Below are positions 25,799 through 31,881 of a stretch of DNA of 31,881 nucleotides, one piece after another. The position numbers were made by a program, and so were the translations under genes. This stretch comes from a virus (Duplodnaviria > Caudoviricetes). Under the pieces are notes generated by a model. It had not been told where the DNA came from. It did no database searches and saw nothing but the letters and a program-made list of their open reading frames with translations. The stretch covers positions 1 through 31,881 of the IMG/VR virus record IMGVR_UViG_3300032219_001009; one strand, 5' to 3'. Each line of letters begins with the position of its first letter. The first letter of the stretch is position 1.

Positions 25799-25799
25799 C

Positions 25800-27236
25800 T
25801 TAATCTGTTATTGGGCCTCCATCAATATGTGCGAAACACGAACGATTGGCGTTACATTTGAATTTATATATTTCACAATATCCTAAATCTCCTGCTTCTA
25901 CTACATCCCACGCATCTTCTCCACCAATTCCTTCCGCAATACAATTCAATACTTTTTTAGTTATATTAAATGCTGCACAATTACCACATATCTCTCCTTT
26001 TGCTTCTTCAACAGGCACATCCCACTTCTCTGCAATTGTTTCCCAATAATCTCCTGGATTCTTAATATCCAACGGGCCATACATTGCTTCATCTATTGCC
26101 TTCTGTCTGTTCTCTAAGTTAAGTTCTACATCCTGAGTTGCTGGTGGGCAACCTGCTTCTGCGAATAGTGCAGGTGATTTGTATTTCTTTTTACCCTCTG
26201 CTGCTTCGCCAGGATAAGTTGATGTTATAGATGGATTACCTTCACCCTCTACTAATTCACCTAACTCTCTTAATTTATTTCTACTATAAGATAAAGCTGC
26301 TTTACCACCCCATAATAAATAAGATATTGTGCCACACGCAGTCGTATCACTTTCATCGTAATACTCTGCGGCTCTACTTAAGTAAGAATACATTCTCTTT
26401 ATAGTCTGCAAACTTATCGGTTCGCCATTTGCTAGCTGCTGAGCTCTTACTTTACCCGTTTGAGTGGCACATTTATTACCATTCTTTTCGTTGAGTTCAA
26501 TTCCTCTTTTTGCATTGTTTCTGATTCCATCTCCATAATCTGAATAGGATTCCATTTCGATTCTTTGCTTTCCTTTATATCTTTTGTCTTTTGAAATGAT
26601 TGCTTTAATCTTTCCCAAAAGTATTTCAGCTTCTTCTTCATCTAATTCGTTTATATCTTTACTCCAAAGTTGCTCTTCTACTTTCGCAGCCGCTACTAAT
26701 GAGTGTTCGAACATTCCTTCAATAGAGAATCCTTTTACCTTTCCTGTCTTCACATAATCATCCCATATCTTCTTTCCTTCTTCTGATTCATCCACGCGAA
26801 AAACTCCCATCCAGGTACCTTCTGGCACTTGAAATCCAAATGCTTTAGATTTATCTTGGAATTTATTATCTACAATCCAACTCTCAACTAAATTTATTCC
26901 TTTTATTTTCTTAGTATCATGCTCTATCGTTGCACTATCTGTGTACTTCTTTTCCAAATACATTTGAGATAATCTACGAACTGTCTCTGGTTTAAAGTAA
27001 ACTTCGTACTCTTTACCCTCTCCATCTACTCTAAAAATTCTTTTGTTTGGCACTAATATAGGGCCCATTATCAATCTCTTATCTTTACTAACTTCTGCAA
27101 ATCTTATTAGTTCTTTTCCAAAGTATTGGAAATCTAATTCTATTGCTGGTGATTCTACTAATGAGATTGCAAAGATTTCATCTGTTGCTTCATCGCCAAT
27201 CATCAGTTCGAATAGAGGTAATTTATTTGGTTTCAT
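25800..27236 (-). CDS. XkdF-like prohead serine protease with two extra C-terminal domains
   Basis: KRLIMGPILVP, ATIEH, LVESWIV, PEGTWMG, GKVKGFSIEG protease motifs in the first ~180 aa. Confidence 0.85.
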   Translation of the reverse strand: MKPNKLPLFELMIGDEATDEIFAISLVESPAIELDFQYFGKELIRFAEVSKDKRLIMGPILVPNKRIFRVDGEGKEYEVYFKPETVRRLSQMYLEKKYTDSATIEHDTKKIKGINLVESWIVDNKFQDKSKAFGFQVPEGTWMGVFRVDESEEGKKIWDDYVKTGKVKGFSIEGMFEHSLVAAAKVEEQLWSKDINELDEEEAEILLGKIKAIISKDKRYKGKQRIEMESYSDYGDGIRNNAKRGIELNEKNGNKCATQTGKVRAQQLANGEPISLQTIKRMYSYLSRAAEYYDESDTTACGTISYLLWGGKAALSYSRNKLRELGELVEGEGNPSITSTYPGEAAEGKKKYKSPALFAEAGCPPATQDVELNLENRQKAIDEAMYGPLDIKNPGDYWETIAEKWDVPVEEAKGEICGNCAAFNITKKVLNCIAEGIGGEDAWDVVEAGDLGYCEIYKFKCNANRSCFAHIDGGPITD

Positions 27237-27240
27237 ATCT

Positions 27241-27266
27241 TAATAACAAAATTTTTATGGTTTGTT
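27241..27266 (-). promoter_or_regulatory. Putative late promoter AACAA-N13-TGTTATTA
   Basis: Consensus copy 4 nt upstream of the protease ATG. Confidence 0.75.
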
Positions 27267-29071
27267 TAGAATGTAGCTGCATTATTTGTTCTTCTAGCAA
27301 AGGCCTGACTGTTGGATACATCCTGTTGCAACACATAGGTTTTAACTGGCTTTCCACTGGCTGCACCAATACTTTCAGCTATTTGTAACGATGGGTTCTG
27401 TCCACCACCTGTGTTAATCTGTGGTACGGGTGCTCCACTTATCGTTGGTGCATTTGGTGCTGCACCTTTAGGTAAATTTGCACCAGCACCTGATGGTGCA
27501 TTTGCATTATCAGAAGAGTTAATCTGTTGTATTGATTTAGCTGCACCTGCTACGGTAGCTGCAATACCTAATGCCGCAGATATAGTGTTAATAGTAACCC
27601 ACGGCTGACCTGCAGTAATAGGGAATGTAGCTACTGCTTTTGCATTAGCTACTGCCGTATTTGCAATAATCTTACCGATACTCGCAGCCTGTTCTATGAT
27701 AATTCCTGCGATTGCAATCTTTTTATTCTTACCTGCAATCTGTTGTAATAGAGAACCGAATTGTCCAGCCAAATCCATATATGCATTCTGAATCTCAGCT
27801 TTCGCATCCAATTCAGCCATATCAATATTCTTTCTCTCCTGAGCAGCCTGCTTAGTAATTAAGGTTCTTTGATTTTGTGTTAAACCTTCTTGTTGTAATA
27901 ATTCTGTTTCTTTCTGAGTTACTAATTCTCTCTTTCTATCAAACGTTTGTGCATCAAATTGTAGTTCGGTATCTACACCTAATACTCTATCTTCTAATGC
28001 TTTCTGTTTGTTTACTTTTTCATCTTCTATTCTCTTCTTATCATCCTCTGCTTTCTTCTTATTAGCTTCCTCTACTTTCTTTGCTTCCTCATCATCATAC
28101 TTCTTATTGATTGCAGCTATTTCTAATCTACCTTGCTCTAATACAGAAGTTTTATCTTTTATTCCTGCTTTATCTAATGCTAATAATCTTTCGTTTTGCT
28201 TTAATCCTGCATTGTATATTTCCTGGTCTCTTTCATTCAAACTAGCAACATACGCTTCAACTAAAACCTTTTGAGCCGCTTTTTGATTATCTTCAATCTC
28301 TTTTAACTCTTTTTCTCTTTGTTCTTTTCTCTTATCAGCCGCTGCTTTATTTGCTGCATTTCTCTTATCTTGCGCCTCTTGATTCTTTTTAGTTAAATCT
28401 TCTTGTCTCTTCTTTTCATTTTCGTTTACTTCTTGCTGTACCTTATCTACTGATAGAGTTGCTTCTTTAATCTTAGATGAAGATATACCTAATGCCTGTG
28501 CAGCTTTACTAAATCCACCTGCTACAAATTCTAATACCTGAGCAAGTTTATTGAATATAGGAACTGCAACCTTTTCTAATGTTGCTAAGATAGGGCCTAA
28601 TATACCTGCAAATGCAGAAGAAATTCTGTTAAGTGTTGCTTGTCCCTCAGCAGTTGATTCTAATGATTTCTTTAATGCTAAAAATATACCAACCAATGCA
28701 CCGATTACTGCAACTACAGGATTAGCAGCTAACAATTTGAAAGCTCCATCTACACCTTTAATTGCATTACCAGCTGCTCCTGCAGGTCCAGGTAAAGCAG
28801 CTAATTGGTCATCAAATTGTTTTGCTTGGAATTGAACCTTTTCTAATCCATCTTCCAAATCATCCAATTGAGCCTTTAACTTATTGAACTTTACTTTATC
28901 ACCTGCTGCGGCAGCTGCCTGTAAATCCTTTTGAGTTTGTCTAATCTGTAATTGGAGTTTGACAAACTTGTCACCGGTCTCTTCCGCTTCATCACCTACC
29001 TCTTTAATCTCTTCCTTACCTTTTACTTCGGTTTCGATTACGGTTTTGTATGTGGTAGTATTATCTGCCAT
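27266..29071 (-). CDS. Tail tape measure protein
   Basis: 601 aa helical, Ala/Lys/Glu/Gln-rich with hydrophobic segments (LAANPVVAVIGALVGIF) and a C-terminal PVKTYVLQQDV motif. Confidence 0.8.
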   Translation of the reverse strand: MADNTTTYKTVIETEVKGKEEIKEVGDEAEETGDKFVKLQLQIRQTQKDLQAAAAAGDKVKFNKLKAQLDDLEDGLEKVQFQAKQFDDQLAALPGPAGAAGNAIKGVDGAFKLLAANPVVAVIGALVGIFLALKKSLESTAEGQATLNRISSAFAGILGPILATLEKVAVPIFNKLAQVLEFVAGGFSKAAQALGISSSKIKEATLSVDKVQQEVNENEKKRQEDLTKKNQEAQDKRNAANKAAADKRKEQREKELKEIEDNQKAAQKVLVEAYVASLNERDQEIYNAGLKQNERLLALDKAGIKDKTSVLEQGRLEIAAINKKYDDEEAKKVEEANKKKAEDDKKRIEDEKVNKQKALEDRVLGVDTELQFDAQTFDRKRELVTQKETELLQQEGLTQNQRTLITKQAAQERKNIDMAELDAKAEIQNAYMDLAGQFGSLLQQIAGKNKKIAIAGIIIEQAASIGKIIANTAVANAKAVATFPITAGQPWVTINTISAALGIAATVAGAAKSIQQINSSDNANAPSGAGANLPKGAAPNAPTISGAPVPQINTGGGQNPSLQIAESIGAASGKPVKTYVLQQDVSNSQAFARRTNNAATF

Positions 29072-29220
29072 TATTTTTTACTTTTCCAAATTCGTTTAAT
29101 GAGTTTTCCACACTCGGATAGGGTTGATGGTAGTTGATACTTACCTTTTGCAGTATCAATATCATCTGAAACCCCATAAAACTCATCCATAACTAATATA
29201 TCTATTATCTGCTTAATCAT
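29071..29220 (-). CDS. 49-aa late protein coupled to the tape measure gene
   Basis: MIKQIIDILVMDEFYGVSDDIDTAKGKYQLPSTLSECGKLIKRIWKSKK*; TAATG overlap with the TMP start; promoter 4 nt upstream. Confidence 0.75.
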   Translation of the reverse strand: MIKQIIDILVMDEFYGVSDDIDTAKGKYQLPSTLSECGKLIKRIWKSKK

Positions 29221-29224
29221 ACAC

Positions 29225-29250
29225 TAATAACATTAAAATTCGTTTAAGTA
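29225..29250 (-). promoter_or_regulatory. Putative late promoter TACTT-N13-TGTTATTA
   Basis: Perfect -10-like element with conserved spacing. Confidence 0.65.
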
Positions 29251-30119
29251 TTGAATAGGTAGAGGTAATCATTATGATTTCCCCAATACGGATGTTCACT
29301 ATACATTGCATCTTTTCTATATACATTGTAATGAGATGTAAAGTGGTGTCCGTGATTGATATGAATAGATGGATTTGTTGATTCCCATTGTATCCTATCT
29401 AAGGTTTGAGGTTCAATCATCCCATTGTTGGTGACCAAAGCATTTGCCAATATATCCTCACAATGTAAGATTGCATCTTCAAACTTCATTGTCATCTGAT
29501 GGAATGGTTCATCTCTTTGCCCTAATGGCTGGAATCCATCTTTACAGATACCCATATAGTTCATATTAGTTAGAACCTGTCCATCATTAAAATGGGGATA
29601 ATCAAAGTATTCTTCACCATATAATACATCATGCTCTAAGAAACTTACATACTCATATCGGTTTATTTCTCTAGCTGAATACAATAACTGCATTATTTGT
29701 AGTAATTGATTGAGATGTGATTGTGTATTAGTCCATGCTATCAATTCAGTAAATGGATTCTCCGCTTCACTTCTCCACATACACGTCATTATATCTGCTT
29801 TACCTTCCGCAGCCTTTTGAATACTCTTTAAGGATGCTCTGATTGCTGGATAAATGGTAGGGTTTGTATTGTTTGAATAGAAGATACCTAACTTAGTATT
29901 AGTTGTTTTAGGAATCTGTAATAGGTTACCTTCTTTAACTGATTCTGTGTATATCTTTCCGTCCAATTCTGCTTCGATTTGAAGGTACTTTACATTCCCA
30001 ACCGATGTATCTCCGAAAATGGAATTTGAACTCCTTAGCACTAACGCGTCACCCTTAATTTTTGATTCTACGATACTCTTTACATCTACACCTCCGTAGG
30101 TTGCTGTTATTATCTTCAT
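29244..30119 (-). CDS. Glycosyltransferase-like (GT-A) protein with an N-terminal lectin/DUF3395-like domain (start revised to MKII at 30119)
   Basis: ATGA overlap with the upstream stop; N-terminal IITATYGG.DV...NSIFGDTSVG..KYL pattern; YVSFLEHDVLY DxD-like motif; late HINHGHH. Confidence 0.65.
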   Translation of the reverse strand: MKIITATYGGVDVKSIVESKIKGDALVLRSSNSIFGDTSVGNVKYLQIEAELDGKIYTESVKEGNLLQIPKTTNTKLGIFYSNNTNPTIYPAIRASLKSIQKAAEGKADIMTCMWRSEAENPFTELIAWTNTQSHLNQLLQIMQLLYSAREINRYEYVSFLEHDVLYGEEYFDYPHFNDGQVLTNMNYMGICKDGFQPLGQRDEPFHQMTMKFEDAILHCEDILANALVTNNGMIEPQTLDRIQWESTNPSIHINHGHHFTSHYNVYRKDAMYSEHPYWGNHNDYLYLFNT

Positions 30120-30637
30120 ATTGTTCTTTTTGCGTGTAGTATTCCCATTTGATTTATATCGGTACAAAACCATCCAAATTGGTTAATGTTAGTAATTTCA
30201 AATCCAAACTCTACTAATTTATTTTCTAATATAGATTTACAAGTTGGGTTATGGTATTCTACACCAATCTCCTCTACTGAACTCCAATCCTCACTACTCA
30301 TTTCGTTTATTACACTTTCATAACCTTCTATATCCATTTTAATAACTTCAGGTTTGTAGGTATTAAATAATTCTTTAAGGTCTTCAGCCGTTAATATAGT
30401 TTTACAAATGAATGTTTGAGCGGGATATAGTACATTTAGCTTTTCTGTTTCGCTACATGCTGCTTCTACACCTATTAAATGTTTTGCTCCTCTATTGATA
30501 AAATACTCTGGTGTCGATTCGTGCTCTTGAAACAACCATCCACATCCTAAATCCATTACTATTTTACCTTCTACATTTTGTATATCACTCCAATGTTCTT
30601 TTGGATTCTCACTATGCACTATTTTTGTTTCTATCAT
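30116..30637 (-). CDS. FkbM-like SAM-dependent methyltransferase
   Basis: VMDLGCG motif I, IGVEA, VIKMDIEGYE, IGVEYH. Confidence 0.85.
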   Translation of the reverse strand: MIETKIVHSENPKEHWSDIQNVEGKIVMDLGCGWLFQEHESTPEYFINRGAKHLIGVEAACSETEKLNVLYPAQTFICKTILTAEDLKELFNTYKPEVIKMDIEGYESVINEMSSEDWSSVEEIGVEYHNPTCKSILENKLVEFGFEITNINQFGWFCTDINQMGILHAKRTI

Positions 30638-31560
30638 ATCAATACTGATTTTTTACCTACTTCCTTAATTATATCCCAATACTTCTTACTTGCAGTTCCA
30701 CCGTTGATTTCTAATTCATCGGTATATGGTGTTCTGTTTATATAATTTGCTTTATAGAATAGACCATCATTACCACTCACTACTCCAGCGTTATGGAATA
30801 TGTTTAATCTTTCCCAATCTCCTTCAGTTGAAGTACCCCAACTAAATTCTAATGCAGGGTCACAAACGGTCTCTTTACCCAATTTCCACGCTCCCCATAA
30901 TACGGCCCACATATCTGCACACCATATTTGTAGTTCGTGGTAAGATGGATTTTCTCTCTTCTTTATATTGTTTAATTCTGTAATCTCTTTGAATAGGGTT
31001 TCACAATCCTTCTCTACCTCTTCCCAAAACATCCAATTGATTCCTTTCATTATGTATTGAGCTCCAATTGAATTTAATTCATTACTTTTTACAATGTGCT
31101 TAGGGATAGAAACTATCTCACACATTCTATCTAAAATATCTTCCCCTTTACCCAATATGTAATCATGCGAAATATACCACCTACAGTCTGAACCATACCA
31201 TCTATTATCAGAAAGATACCTGTCAAAATCAATGCGGTTGGTAAATACAATGTCACAATCATGGTAGAAGATAGTATCTTTACTAATTTCTTCATTTGCC
31301 TTAAAATGTTGTTTAAGTATATTAGGTCGGATTGAACTAATATAATGCTTCGTTTCTCTTTCATCATTGTAAAAGAAAAAGCGAGCTGGATAACCTGATG
31401 CGAGTTTACTCCATTCTTCCGGAATAACTCCATTCTGTTTCCAACAAACTATATCGATTTGATTGGGATTGATACCCATATCGATAAAGTTGTTTATCAT
31501 AACTTCTACTTGCCAAGCATAATAAGTGCTAGCCGGCTGAGCACATACGAATCTCATCAT
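30634..31560 (-). CDS. Glycosyltransferase resembling peptidyl-serine galactosyltransferase / hydroxyproline arabinosyltransferase (GT96/GT95-like)
   Basis: YYAWQVEVMINNF, YISSIRPNILKQHF, FYHDCDIVF (DxD), WCADMWAVLWGA and IFHNAG occur in the motif order I recall for SERGT1/HPAT. Confidence 0.7.
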   Translation of the reverse strand: MMRFVCAQPASTYYAWQVEVMINNFIDMGINPNQIDIVCWKQNGVIPEEWSKLASGYPARFFFYNDERETKHYISSIRPNILKQHFKANEEISKDTIFYHDCDIVFTNRIDFDRYLSDNRWYGSDCRWYISHDYILGKGEDILDRMCEIVSIPKHIVKSNELNSIGAQYIMKGINWMFWEEVEKDCETLFKEITELNNIKKRENPSYHELQIWCADMWAVLWGAWKLGKETVCDPALEFSWGTSTEGDWERLNIFHNAGVVSGNDGLFYKANYINRTPYTDELEINGGTASKKYWDIIKEVGKKSVLI

Positions 31561-31578
31561 AAAACATTTTTTTATTTG

Positions 31579-31881
31579 TTACAAACATCCGCTATCGCAA
31601 GATGCAAATGTACTTACAGTCAATGTACTACCTATATCACCACTTACTACTGTATATGTTGATGTAGTCAAAGATACTCCTGCATTATTAGCACAATCTG
31701 CATCAGATAATATATTTCCACCTACCGAAATGTTTGCGTATGTAGGCGAACCACATGCAGTAACTATTTGTAAATCTACATAAATTGTATCACCAACATA
31801 AACTGTTCTAGTTCCACTTGATGTACTACTTCTGCTTTCAACCGCAAAACCATTTACATATAAATCCATAGTTCCATTAGC
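31579..31881 (-). CDS. 3' part of the origin-spanning tail protein that starts at 795
   Basis: In frame across the terminal overlap; ends ...FASCDSGCL*. Confidence 0.9.
   Translation of the reverse strand, partial: ANGTMDLYVNGFAVESRSSTSSGTRTVYVGDTIYVDLQIVTACGSPTYANISVGGNILSDADCANNAGVSLTTSTYTVVSGDIGSTLTVSTFASCDSGCL
31759..31881. repeat. Terminal direct repeat, right copy
   Basis: Identical to 1-123. Confidence 0.97.

Noticed and set aside
29244-31560. DNA hypermodification cluster
   Set aside because: No nucleotide-modifying or polymerase genes accompany it, the methyltransferase lacks DPPY/NPPY or PC motifs, and it sits in the late tail operon; disfavoured but not excluded
2035-31662. Plus-strand ORFs and nested minus-strand ORFs (5848..6030, 26447..26641, 31131..31433) in the track
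   Set aside because: They overlap well-supported minus-strand genes and lack recognisable motifs; treated as shadow frames

Overview
This is an apparently complete, circularly assembled tailed-phage genome of about 31.76 kb. Bases 1-123 are identical to 31759-31881 and an ORF reads through that junction. It is AT-rich and every credible gene is on the minus strand. Structural genes point to a siphovirus-like virion: terminase, portal, capsid, scaffold, XkdF-type protease, tail tube, tape measure and fibres, with no sheath. TTTG-N20-TAnnTTTG promoters, A-rich leaders without Shine-Dalgarno sites and SprB-like repeats suggest a Bacteroidota host. The main candidate system is virion O-glycosylation: a GT96/GT95-like protein O-glycosyltransferase, a FkbM-type methyltransferase and a second glycosyltransferase-like gene sit in the tail operon, and three virion proteins carry five mucin-like poly-Thr linkers. 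Other notable signals are a replication-initiator leader with a uORF and two hairpins with perfectly complementary 7-nt loops, a -1 frameshift tail chaperone, a late promoter WACAA-N13-TGTTATTA (8 copies) matching a phage ECF-like sigma, and a repeated dyad-promoter-hairpin cassette in the early region. I found no lysis, integrase, repressor or polymerase genes. All protein family calls come from recognising motifs by eye, not from database searches.
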